A DNA stretch of 63,735 nt, filler included, from Licmophora abbreviata (Eukaryota): assembly GCA_900291995.1 (NCBI GenBank). It is 10 parts of 10 records of this genome, joined end to end, with 100 filler letters (N's around TTAATTAATTAA, not from the genome) between each part and the next. Parts side by side here need not be neighbours in the genome. Positions count along the whole stretch, not along the records: positions 5,728 to 12,928 come from OLMU01000331.1; positions 13,029 to 22,803 come from OLMU01000333.1; positions 22,904 to 27,604 come from OLMU01000334.1; 7 more parts are not named here. The stretch is one strand, 5' to 3'. A model generated the notes under the pieces. The model made no database searches, was not told the DNA's origin, and saw only the letters and a program-made list of their open reading frames with translations. Numbering within the stretch: position 1 is the first letter of the stretch; the number at the start of each line of letters is the position of its first letter. The position numbers were made by a program, and so were the translations under genes. Positions 9,287 to 23,655 of the stretch are shown piece after piece.

Positions 9287-10988
9287 CTACTGAAACGACG
9301 TAGCGGCCTCCTTGTGGAGTTCCATTCGTTTCTTGTCGATGAAGGTGATGGGCGCATTCTGGTTCTTCTTCATGACATCTTCAAACGACATGTCGTTCAT
9401 GTCCAGCTTCTGCTTCCACGCTTTTCCGCCGTCAATATCCATACGACTTTGGAGAAGCATCGACTCACCGTTCTCGTCCATGACAGCAACCTTGACTTCC
9501 CCGGGACCAGCCACGATACCTAGGTCAGACGTGTCAATAAGGTTGTAGAGGATTGCTCCTTTCGCGGCAACGATCTTCTTGGCGGTGCAGTTGACAATGA
9601 TTGCGCCATCCGATTGCACAAACGGCGATGTGACGGCGGACATGGCCGAGTTTGAAATCGTACCCGCCCCTACCTTGCATCCAAACACGCACGAAGGCTC
9701 ATCGACCGTGACACCTTCCAATTTGGAGTAGAATTTCTTGTCGGAAATACCAAAGAAGCGTCGCAAGAGCTTGGCATCACTGCTGTCTTCCATGAGCTTG
9801 AGGTTGTTGGTGGAGTAGAGCTTGAGCTGTCCATAGTCCCACCAGCAGGCTTCGGACCCGACGTCAACCGCTCCAAAGAGTCCCATGCTTCCAAAGTCGA
9901 ACTTTTCCTTCATGGCAGTCATACGAGCATGATGTTTTAGAGACTCGTCCTCGTCAATGCCTTTCTGCTTCATGAGTGCCGCATAGTCCTTGGGAGGGGA
10001 GCGTCAACGGCATCCAAAAGTGGGGATCCGTATCGAGCTTGGCTGTCTTTTCCGTAAGTTCCGACGAAAACTCAGTACAGAGGGCCTGAAGGATGGCCGC
10101 AGACACAGAGAAACTTCCAAGGCTGGGCCCTACCTGTCCAATATCTCCTAGGCTCTGCAGCATCTCAACCGCAGTGGCATGGCTGACCTTTTCGACTTGG
10201 GCCGCGTTGCGCGCGTCGCCCTTGAGGACGGCGATAACGCCGTATTTGTCGAGACCTTGCGCCACCCACTCTTCAGCTGTTGGTGCAGTGTCACCCAAAA
10301 GGGTGCACATAATGTCGACATGGTGCGTTGGCGTGTACTGAAAGGGAGCCGACGGGACGAACACCTGATCGCCCCAAAAGACGCTGAGACGACCGAGCCG
10401 AGATGACGCGTAGACACCAGTCTGTTTGACGACAGCTTCCAAGACTGTAATCGGCTGGTAGTTTCCATCATTTAGCTGATGGCAGACAGGGAGCTTCTGT
10501 AGAATACAAGAGTAACGGACGAAGATGCTTGTTTGAGCACGGCGTGAAACGACATGACAGGACTGAGCACTGCGCTGCAACGGTTGCATACGTACCACTC
10601 CGGGTTTGTTGTTGTTTTCGCTGGCAGGAAGCGGAGCGAGACGAGTTCCTTTTCCGGCGGTATGATAGAGAGCAGCTGAGATCTTGCCGTCATTCAAGAG
10701 TGCCGAGAGGTCGACTCCGTACTTGTCGGTCGCAAGCTTTGCCGCCTTTAGGTAAGCATAGAGAGTTCCCAATCCATTGCCAGCTCCACCAGGACCCCAG
10801 TCCTCACTGACGGCAAGCACCATGGGAAATTTGGCGTCCGGAGTGGAAGATTTGCAGATTCCTTCCGCCAGACGGTTCATCCAGAACTCCGCCTGGTGGT
10901 TGTCCGTGGTGCAGATGATGGTCACGTCAAAGAGAGCCTGTGTCTCCGTCATGGCCTTGATGGCCGTATCCAAAGCTGCTTGTGCCAT
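9287..10988 (-). CDS. Sugar-1-phosphate nucleotidyltransferase-like protein (GT-A type); intron 10497-10595; apparent 1-nt frameshift at ~9992
   Basis: Motifs GGAGNGLGTLYAY, HTAGKGTRLAPL...NKPGVKLP, WGDQVF and WWDYG. The two ORFs join as LPSKDYAALMKQK if one C is removed from CCCTCCCAAG. Confidence 0.65.
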
Positions 10989-11633
10989 AGTAGAGATGAA
11001 GAAGGATAGTCCTAGGGATGCTGCGGGAGAAGGAGCGTTGGGATCGTCGCGAAAGGCTGCTGATTGCTGCTCGTCGGCGCTCTGGTCGACGCGTTGTCGC
11101 TGTTGTCTTGATGCGACGAGCGAGTGATCCGCATTGGTGGACATGCATTCGGACATAATGACCCAAATAGAAATGACCCTTTGGCTGCGCGAGATCTAGG
11201 TTCACACTGAGCATTCATCATCGGCCACACCAACAAGCTTTGAGGAACTCGCCTCCGATTACATATCATACTTTACTTCAGTGCTGTTCAGTCTCATATC
11301 TTTGCAACGGAAATATATGACGGACTCTTCTAATTGATATGAACCTGAAATGTCATCACAATGTCGGTCCACGCACATTTTATCATGTCAAATCAGAAGG
11401 CGCGCTCCAATCTCATTTCATTTGACTCTTGCCAACAACCTCGTCTTCGCCTCTCGCCTTGTAGACCACCATAGACCGAGACTATGACGCAATCAACGGC
11501 GCTATCGTCATTGTGTCGTTGTTGTCATTAGAAGAGTGGCTTGCCGACGTGATTGAAACTCCCGAACCATTCTACTGACACCACCACGACGTTGTTCCAA
11601 GAGAAGCCGCTCGTCGGGCGCGGAAGGAACGCC

Positions 11634-14600
11634 ATGTCGTTCTTTTCGAGAATTTCCCAGGAAGCCACAAACTCGTTCCAGGATGCATACGCAAACCTTG
11701 TTTTGGGCGATGATGCGGGAAAATCAGCTCGCATTGTGCTTGTTTTGAAACCTCTTGAGAGACGGGGTGGAAAAATTGACCCGGGAATGACTTTCATTGA
11801 AATCAATGGACGCGCCTATGTCCGCACTGTTTCCTCCTCTTCGGAAGCGGCCAAGGCCGGCGTACAGCCGCGGGATGCCGTCCAATTTGCAGCCGTATTT
11901 AAACATGAATGGCTGGATGCAGAGGACGATGATATGGCGGTTGCACACAACATGGCGAGTAGCTATGCACTGGACAGCGAGTCTCGGGGAATACGAATAA
12001 GCTACGAAGAGCTCCGCCAAGTTCTGGCAGAGGGAATGGACCCGACACAAACGCCGTTCCTCTCACCTCCTCCGGCATCTTCCAAATGGAAGGGACCACC
12101 GATACCTTCTACAATCAATGTCTGCGCAGCAGATGGGACTGACTACGTTCGTCCACTGTCACCTTTTCAAGGAGCGAAACCGCGTCCAGTAGTTTTTGTA
12201 TTGCGACGGACTCGACAGCGTCCATCCTCTGGCGTATTGGCGTTTCGACTGGATGACGAGTGCGACCTTGCGTCATCATTGATTCGACGTTTGGCCCCCA
12301 CGGCCGACATGGATACACCGAATCCAGATACGTGGGAAGAAATGGTGCACGATGGCACTGATTGGTTGTTGGGAAGTGGAGTATTCTCCCTCCAAAGCGC
12401 GGTTCACAAGACAATGCCAAAATGGCACATCCGGAGGAGTCTGGTATTCCGTTGGACGAGTATGAGAAAGAACGAGCTGTCAAATTGGCAAAGCTGCGCT
12501 CGCGTATGGCAGCAGAGGCCATGCAGTCGGATCGAGCTGAAGACGTCGAGGCGGCGACAATTCGTGCCATGATACAAAAGGCGGTCGGACTCGCGTTTGT
12601 CAGAGCAAGCAAGGTTGTTTTAGGAGTTTCCCTTCATGGTGGCTCGGGTGTCGTCATTGCTCGCTTGTCAGATGGGACGTGGTCAGCCCCGTCAGCTATT
12701 GGGACTTGGGGGCTCGGGTTCGGAATTCAATTCGGACTGGAAATGGCAGAGTACATTTTCATTCTCCAAACTCAAGAATCTCTCGACAATTTCCGGAAAG
12801 GAGGATCGTTTACGATTGGAGGAAATGTCGGTGCAGCAGTTGCAGGAATGGGCCGTGAGGCATATGGCGCTGCAAGTGTTGGGGCTGCTTGCAACCACGA
12901 CACGTCGATGCAACTACCGAAGGAAGACNNNNNNNNNNNNNNNNNNNNNNNNNNNNNNNNNNNNNNNNNNNNTTAATTAATTAANNNNNNNNNNNNNNNN
13001 NNNNNNNNNNNNNNNNNNNNNNNNNNNNGGCTCCACTGCTCCTACCACTAAATACCGCGAGAAGTTCACGTTCTTGCAGGATCTGAGCCAGGAGGAATCA
13101 GAAGAATGCGTCGCTTTTGAAACTCAATTCAAGAAGTTCATGTATGGTGGTGTTTCAGTGCAGCGCCTGATACCCGATGGTGAATCGCTATCCAGCAAGA
13201 CTGCCAAGGAGCGTCGTACGCTTTGGTTGATGCTACCAGAAGCCGGTGCATTAAAGTTAGGCTTTGTGTCGAAACTGAGTGATGGGGAGGGTGCTGGAGT
13301 GTCCAACGAGAATAGTACTCGACGAGCAAAATTGGACAATACTGATCAATCCGTTAGCGATCTCGACAATGGTACCGTTGCGTCGGAAGAAGTCACGCTT
13401 GATTCCGCTCTGCTCGACAAAGGAGGGTCGAAGGGAACTATTCGGGCTGGCAATGTCCAGCTTTCGAACAAGCACTCTCTCCCACTGACAGATGTCACGC
13501 TGCTCTCACAAGAAACAGATGTAAGTTTGACATGTGACACTCCGCTCTGTCTTCTGTAGATTGTTCTCAACCACCTCATGTTCTTCGACGCATAGGAACC
13601 CGTTCGTTTTAGCTCGGAGGATCAGACGGAACATCTCCGCGTCATTTCTATCAAGGACATATCGGGCACGTCGCTCCTTTTTATCGCCAACAACTTTCGT
13701 GAGGCCGAGCTGCTCTATTGCGGACTGAAGCTCCTACTGGAACGTGAGACTGCTCGGCTTGGCGTTCGTGGCGGTATGCACCTTTCGAGTCTAGGAGGCA
13801 AAGAGGGCGAATCGGCAATGTCACCCGCGGCGGCACGGGGGTACAAGATATCCGAATCAGCGCCGTCAACCTCGATCCGTCCAAAGAGACGATCTGACAA
13901 AACAGGGAATTCATCTTCTTCAGTTAGTTCCGATCAAGAGGTCCTCGCCAGCGAAGCACTTGTAAATGGGAAGAAACCGAGAAGTCCTGTCCCTGGCGAG
14001 CGACACAAGTGGGGTAACGTTCCAGGAAGAAGTTATATGCGAGGTCAAGCTGCCCAGGGTGCTCCTTCGTCGTTCGAATCGAAAGCTCCCGAGCCCGCTC
14101 TTGGCATCCCCACATATGCACACGGGCAACTAATGGTGCGCGAAATCGCCTCCAGCATTCATCTCCCAATTGCGCTTCCTCTTTGCCGAGTCCTCATGTT
14201 GTGGTCAAACTCGCCTGTGATGACTAAGTGGGAGAAGGAACGTGGCGACACCAACTTCTCACAGACAACATGGACTTTTCCTCCCGCGACTCCCCGTGAA
14301 CTTGAGCAACATGACTCTGAACGTCAACTCATTGCCAGCGGTTCCATGATGGGTGCACATCGAACAACGACATTTGACCGAGCAAGGAATGGGAGCATGG
14401 TACACCTCTCGGAAACAATGATCGTGGACGCCGACGACTCCGAGAAGCTGGCGTTTACGGTTGGCGAACGATTGCCCCGACGGGGCTTCTCAATCAAGGT
14501 CAAGGTCGTACTTCGTGCCGGAAGAGCGAACTCCTGCGAGGCTACGGTAGTGGGTGAGGTCCGACCCGTTGGCAAGAACATGTCGAACCACGCGGCAGTA

Positions 14601-15230
14601 CACAAAGCTTTCGAGCTGGTTGTTGACGAAATCAGGGTGCGCTATGGGAGCGAGGGCAGTGGTCTCATTGCTTGTTTCATGAGAGTGATCAACAGTCTAC
14701 CTTCTACGGATCCAGCTCTTTTGGGAGTTAGCAGTCATTCAGAGAATGTGTCTAGACCCTTCTCGCGAACAGCACCATCCAAGTCAAGAAGAAACGAGAA
14801 TGGAATTGGAAATAGCTCTTCGAAAGCATCCGAATCTGGTCTGGTATCCTTTGAAGATATTATGAAGTCTCGCGCCGCCATTCCAGAACCTAGAGAGTTG
14901 TCGAAACCTTCTGTCCCGCCGGCTCACATGCGCGACGACGACCCGGATCTTCGAAGGAGGAAGTCTAACCGCACGTATGATGCGAACGAGTTTGCCGATA
15001 TGCCAGTGGACGAGCGCAATGACTACGCCCAATCAAGGAAGTCAATGACGATAGAAGTTAAGCCATTGCCGAAGATTCGATTGAGTCTCATGCCGTCGCC
15101 AAGAGAGGAGGACGAAGAAGATGTGAGCTCGGGACCACAAAGTGCGTCCATCAAGAAGAAAAAGAAGTCTTCGAAGCGAAAGAACACTCAGTCATCTATT
15201 AGGAGGAGCGCGGGTGGTAGCTTTCGCTGA
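11634..15230 (+). CDS. Multidomain protein: PDZ-like + Ysc84/SYLF (DUF500) + PH-like + VASt/START-like; frameshift ~12378, gap 12929-13028, intron 13521-13595
   Basis: PDZ-like YVRTVSSSSEAAKAGVQPRDAV. SYLF GGSGVVIARLSDGTWSAPSAI...GIQFGLE. PH-like end EAELLYCGLKLLL. VASt-like WEKERGDTNFSQTTW...RTTTF. SYLF is the strongest call and VASt the weakest. Confidence 0.65.
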
Positions 15231-15725
15231 TAAAATATAGACCACAATGTGAATGTTACTTATGTTGAACAATTATGTTGAACGCGAAACGAACGATTCA
15301 TTCCATCGTAGTTACGACGTACACCCGGTACAGCCAACCTTTAGAGACTTTGCCTACGGTGTCTACTCGGTATTTCGACTCGGGGCGTCATGTCAACTTC
15401 AAAGATCACAATTTTAGCTTTTGCGCAATCCAAACTTAACGCAGCAGGCCGGTCGTCATCACATCTTGAACCGCCTCACTGACACTACCGGTACAGGCAC
15501 AGAACGCTGTTCAAAGTGTGTTTGTCATGACATAATATTATATATCCATACACGTTTATATACTCTTTTGCATGAACACGCGTGCCCGTGGCGCGCCAAA
15601 AAGCCGGCATGAAGAGAAAAGGCCGCGACTGACTCAAACCACAAACCTCACACCCCGCCGCTCAAGCACCTAATAACGCATCATATATTCTCTGTACCCG
15701 TCAGAAGCAGAAAAAAACGAACGCC

Positions 15726-16583
15726 ATGCCAAAGCTTATCGGAAAGGCTGTCCGTGTCGTGGAACACGATGGACTTGTGATTGAAGAATGCGCGGGAAAT
15801 GTGGCGACCCAGGAAGACACTCTGTCCATTGCCCGCGTCACAGTGAGTCAGCCGACGTCGGAACCCTGGTTGACATTGCACTACGATGAATGGCTTGTCG
15901 TTGTCAAGGGATGTATCGAACTTCATTATTGCGAAGACGAAGTTCTGGTGGCTCGTGCTGGAGAGACTGTCCTGGTTTCCAAGGGAGAGCGCTTCCGTCC
16001 CGTCTTCCCGCAGGGCGACACGGAGTACATTCCCGTGTGCCTGCCCGCATTTCGTCCTGACCGTTGCATTCGTGAGGAAGAGAATGGTACTAGTGAAGTG
16101 GCGACCAGACTCCAGACTCTTCATAACGGTGATGCTGAAAACTTGAAGGAACTGGCAAAGAAAAAGTACGCGGACGTCGATGTGCTATATCACATGTGCC
16201 AAGCGTCGCTGTGGGAAGAGTCAGTCGCATTGGGAGATCCGTACTTTCCTCCGACGTTTGAAAAGGATGGAATGTTCACTCATGCAACAGGTGTTCCCGA
16301 GCGTTTGATTCAGACCGCAAATCACTTCTACACGGCCGTCGAAGGAGACTGGATTTGTCTTCAGTTGAGTAGGAAGGCGTTGTACAAGCTAGGAATCGAA
16401 ACTGTGTTTGAAGAAGCTAAGCCTGTCGGCGAGACCGGCGTCTCTAATACTTGGGATTGGGTGTGTCCTCACATCTTCGGTGGCATCCCGACGTGTGTAG
16501 AAGGAGTCGTTCCAAAAACATACAAAATGAAGCGAAATGGGGATGGAACCTTTGTTTCGATTGTTGGTTTGACGGACATGTAG
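15726..16583 (+). CDS. Cupin (EutQ-like) domain fused to DUF952
   Basis: Cupin EPWLTLHYDEWLVVVKG...ARAGETVLVSKGERFR...YIPVCLPAF. DUF952 LYHMC...W...YFPPTFEKDGMFTHAT...TANHFY...PHIFGGIP. Confidence 0.75.
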   Translation: MPKLIGKAVRVVEHDGLVIEECAGNVATQEDTLSIARVTVSQPTSEPWLTLHYDEWLVVVKGCIELHYCEDEVLVARAGETVLVSKGERFRPVFPQGDTEYIPVCLPAFRPDRCIREEENGTSEVATRLQTLHNGDAENLKELAKKKYADVDVLYHMCQASLWEESVALGDPYFPPTFEKDGMFTHATGVPERLIQTANHFYTAVEGDWICLQLSRKALYKLGIETVFEEAKPVGETGVSNTWDWVCPHIFGGIPTCVEGVVPKTYKMKRNGDGTFVSIVGLTDM

Positions 16584-16699
16584 TAAGATAAACGGTAACT
16601 CCGCAGGATGCATACGTGGATGACTCTCTTCAATAACTACAGTGCGAGTATGGGATGCACATTAGCTGGAGCTTCGATCTTATCTCGGCTTACGCATAG

Positions 16700-19972
<3,273 letters not shown>

Positions 19973-20276
19973 ATCATGAACTACTATTTTCATGCGCATT
20001 TTCGGTGCGCAATCATACTGCCTTAATGTAGCAAACCGGTGAAGAATCATTGACAAAAGAAATGTGCTATAGCCGCCCGTTCCTCTCGATAGCACCGCAA
20101 TAAGATCGATTAAGCGCTGTCTACAGAACTGTGTGTGCACACTTTTCCCAGATCACGCTCCTGGTCTGGACGACTGCAGGCTGCATATCTTCGAACGCCA
20201 TGTTGCCGCCTACCATCCAGTGGCAGCAATCCTTCCCTATCTGTACTTCCTCATTCTTCGTCTGCCATTTCCCTTG

Positions 20277-20830
20277 TTAGATACTGGCAAACCCGAACTG
20301 TGCATGGAGTGTCTCGATTGTTAGAAGCTGAAGGGTGGCGGTAGGAGCGAACCTCGCCCAGATTGGGAAGAATCCACCCCACAGCGAGGAGACACGTCCC
20401 TCTTGCACAGTCTTGACGGCACAATCTACAAATCCCGTGTAGAGTTTCTTGTCCGTGGGCTGGTTCATGAGCGCCGTGTGGATTCGATCCCAAGGAGCGA
20501 CCGTACAAGTCATGAAGAAGACGCAAAGACGGTCCGAGGATCCGTACGGCCCCAGCCGGTGGCTTCCGCCACGTACCCCTTGGAAATGTCATACACCCCC
20601 ACTTTTGTGGCATTGAGGACACATATACGCATCACATTGGCACTGACACCACAATAGAATCCAGCAACTCCCTAGTCGGTGTACATGGTTCCGACGAGCG
20701 TCGCGAGGGGCACCGACTTGCCCTCGTTTGCTTGTGCCAGCGTCTTCATCACGGATTTCCAATGACGGAGCCGACACCGCCCGTGAGCAAATTCGAGGCA
20801 AAAGGGAGCGTCCTTGCCAGCACCGAGCGC
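20277..20830 (-). pseudogene. Decayed mitochondrial carrier (SLC25; dicarboxylate/oxoglutarate/UCP-like), 5'-truncated
   Basis: GSVIGNP/[shift]/VMKT...MYTD*GVAGFYCGVSANVMR...YDISK.../[shift]/[13 protein letters not shown]...[14 protein letters not shown]. In-frame TAG at 20672-20674 and frameshifts near 20750 and 20515. Confidence 0.8.
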
Positions 20831-21137
20831 ATCTCGGACGGGTGCTTAGGCGCCGAGCTTGATGGAAGCAGTTTTTTGTTGTTTGAGTGGTCGTCGACGA
20901 GTGATGTCAGTTGCGACAATTGATGCGAACCGCGACGACCAGCTTTTGCCCGCGCGACGCGACACGATGATGGCTCATCATCTTGTATCACAGCGCAGTT
21001 GACGATGACAGGATCGGTCGTTTGATGCCTCCTTACGACGTGGTCAGAGTATATCTCGCTCAAATTTTTCCATTGTGGGGACTTCTCCCAGTGATCCGTA
21101 CATGCAAAGAAACGCAAAGAGGGCAACCCAACCAAAA

Positions 21138-22001
21138 ATGACTTCTGGTGCTCCAGCGATGCGACGGCACCGAGTGCCCGATCGCCTAGTTGGTTTATCC
21201 GTATGCCTGCTTCTACTATTTTCCAATGGAAGTACGGCGGGGAGCTCTACTGGACAGGATATCAAAATCTTAGACACGCATGCTGCGGACGAGTCGGGAA
21301 GCATAATTTACTGGGAAGAGGAGATACCGACATCAAGAGACGACGAGACCTCATCTGACGTCTTGACTCCATCGCGACGCCGCCGATGGCTATGGAATGG
21401 AAGAGTAGACAAGGGACAGCAGTCATGGGGGGAAGAGGATCAGTCCAACGATGATGCTACACCCAAACCTAATAGATCGAAGAAGTCAACAGCCAAGAAA
21501 CCTCACCCCTTGCGCACTGACGTATGGCAGCTTACTGTTTCGGCTCCTTCCAAGCACGCAAGACAACTGCTCGGCACGGAAACTCACAACAAGACGCTCA
21601 CCATGGAGTTTTCCGAAAATGGGTTCGTGCGTGTCGACAGAAGTTCTTCTGCTAATACTAAAGATGACATTGGAAAATGGAAACAGCTTCCATCAGGTCT
21701 CTCATGGCACGTGCCGGTTTACCAACGGGACCATCCTACGACGCCGGTCAAGACGGTGCTTCACTATAGCGCCGATATAATTTTGAATCCATTCGGAACT
21801 TGTCCACATATGGTACGCGGCACTGTGACTCGAGATCGCTATGATGGATCTTGGGTCGGGAAACAGTGGTTTCGGCCTGTTGTGGCGACATTCACGGCCA
21901 AGGGCATTGGTAACGATACTGCGGATACTTCTTATCGCGAGCGCCGGATCGGCCTATCTACGCCATTGTCAAAGTCTTTCGACGAAAACTCTAAGCAATA
22001 G
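21138..22001 (+). CDS. Hypothetical protein with N-terminal signal/TM segment
   Basis: Open frame with hydrophobic LVGLSVCLLLLF and a globular-looking C-terminal half; no family recognised. Confidence 0.6.
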   Translation: MTSGAPAMRRHRVPDRLVGLSVCLLLLFSNGSTAGSSTGQDIKILDTHAADESGSIIYWEEEIPTSRDDETSSDVLTPSRRRRWLWNGRVDKGQQSWGEEDQSNDDATPKPNRSKKSTAKKPHPLRTDVWQLTVSAPSKHARQLLGTETHNKTLTMEFSENGFVRVDRSSSANTKDDIGKWKQLPSGLSWHVPVYQRDHPTTPVKTVLHYSADIILNPFGTCPHMVRGTVTRDRYDGSWVGKQWFRPVVATFTAKGIGNDTADTSYRERRIGLSTPLSKSFDENSKQ

Positions 22002-22066
22002 TCAAAGTTAAACATTGTGCTACGATGATCGCTTGCACACTGATTGCACCACACACTCGCGATAGC

Positions 22067-23406
22067 CTACGTCTTCCACGAGTCGCTTGCCTCCTCTCGT
22101 TCCTCTTCCCACCACGTGCTCGTCTTGTATCCTGTTCGCAAAAAGTTAAGAGTTTTGCCTTCTTCTTGCAACACGCCTTCGTCTCGCAGTGCCTGCGTGA
22201 GCTGTTCCTTGAACTCTCCCAAAGCCGGTCGCACACTACTCCCCAAGACTCGGCGGTACTTGCCATTGCCTGTGTCGAGAAGAGTCTGGAACTGACCTGG
22301 GTAGGAGCGGAACAGACATCCCTGATAGTTCACCATGAATGGAGGGTTGGGAGTCGATCGAGAGTACTGTCGTGTTCGCAAGTAATAGACTGGTTTGACT
22401 TTCGACAAGAATCGGTCTTGAAAGTCCTGAAAGTGTGCATGAATGTAGACAGAGGAACACATGTAAGTTACCAGAGCATCTCGTCTGCATAGACAGGCCC
22501 CTGAATCACGCAACATACCTTCCCGGGAAATGCCGGTGCACCCAAGTCTCCACGCAAAATATCGAGTTTGAGATTGTAAAAGACAATCGTCTTGTCTGGA
22601 GCTAGAGTGCTCAGTTCTTCGATATCTGGCAGTTCCTGGGCGCTCGCCACCAAACAAACGTATATGTCGACATCTTCCATGGGTTTAACCGTTCCTCCAG
22701 ACCCATTTCCAAATAATGAGAGAAACACTTGTTCCGGTTTGAAGACACGATCATCATTTTCGTCCGGCACACGCAAAGAGCTCATAGTAACACCCGGATA
22801 AGGNNNNNNNNNNNNNNNNNNNNNNNNNNNNNNNNNNNNNNNNNNNNTTAATTAATTAANNNNNNNNNNNNNNNNNNNNNNNNNNNNNNNNNNNNNNNNN
22901 NNNACACCCGGATAAGGTGTCCGGGAAACTTCTCCGAGACTTTCAAGAGCAATATCCAATTCCGCTTGATCTGGAAGCAAGATTGCTACTTTCTTTCCAT
23001 CTTGTGCAAAGTTTTTGGCAAAATCAATGGCCAGCTTGACATTCGCTCGCGCAACATCGTAGGCAGAGACATCGTCAAGCTCCAATACGTTCGCAGGAAG
23101 AGGCGGGTACTCGACTTCGATCAACTTATGTCCATCGTTCATAGCAAGACGAGCGGCACGAGCACACTTGATTTGAAGCTCATAAAAAGAAGAGGGAGGT
23201 GCTTCGCGATCAGAGGCGGCCTTGACAGCCACCGTATCGTCTTCGGACGGAGGTGGCACATTGTACAGGCGGGTAATACTAGATCCAGACGAGCTAGTCC
23301 CCAGTGACAGCGAACGAGCAGGGAAGAGACCATTCGTCGTCCAAGCGAGTGCACATGGAGGCAGAATTGTCCCCAGAAGCCACAAATACGCCGTCGTCAA
23401 TCTCAT
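22067..23406 (-). CDS. LPA3/DUF1995-family plastid protein (intron 22427-22518; spans gap 22804-22903)
   Basis: LIEVEYPP, FYNLKLDILRGDLGAPAFPGK, PVYYLRTRQYSRS and YQGCLFRSYPG. Signal peptide followed by ALAW. The gap flanks overlap by 14 nt and merge in frame. Confidence 0.85.
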
Positions 23407-23655
23407 GGTCACGACAGTCAGCGTAGAAAAATGTGACGACGAGAGAATGCGCGCGCCTACACGTCATCGTACCGGTCTTGCCGACGCCCGTAAACAAAAA
23501 TGTCAAAATGTCAGATGTGACGTCATCAACCTTCCCACGCGCGTCGCAACTTTGAAACTCAAGCACACACGGTCACGCCGACCATGGCTGTACAGTGACG
23601 ACTCATCTCCTTGCAGCTCGTCTGAAGGCTACCGGGGAGGAAGAAATAGGATAGA

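Noticed and set aside
20745..20752. Tandem TGA TGA after GNP as possible selenocysteine or readthrough
   Set aside because: Homology continues in a different frame, so it is explained by a deletion in the carrier pseudogene.
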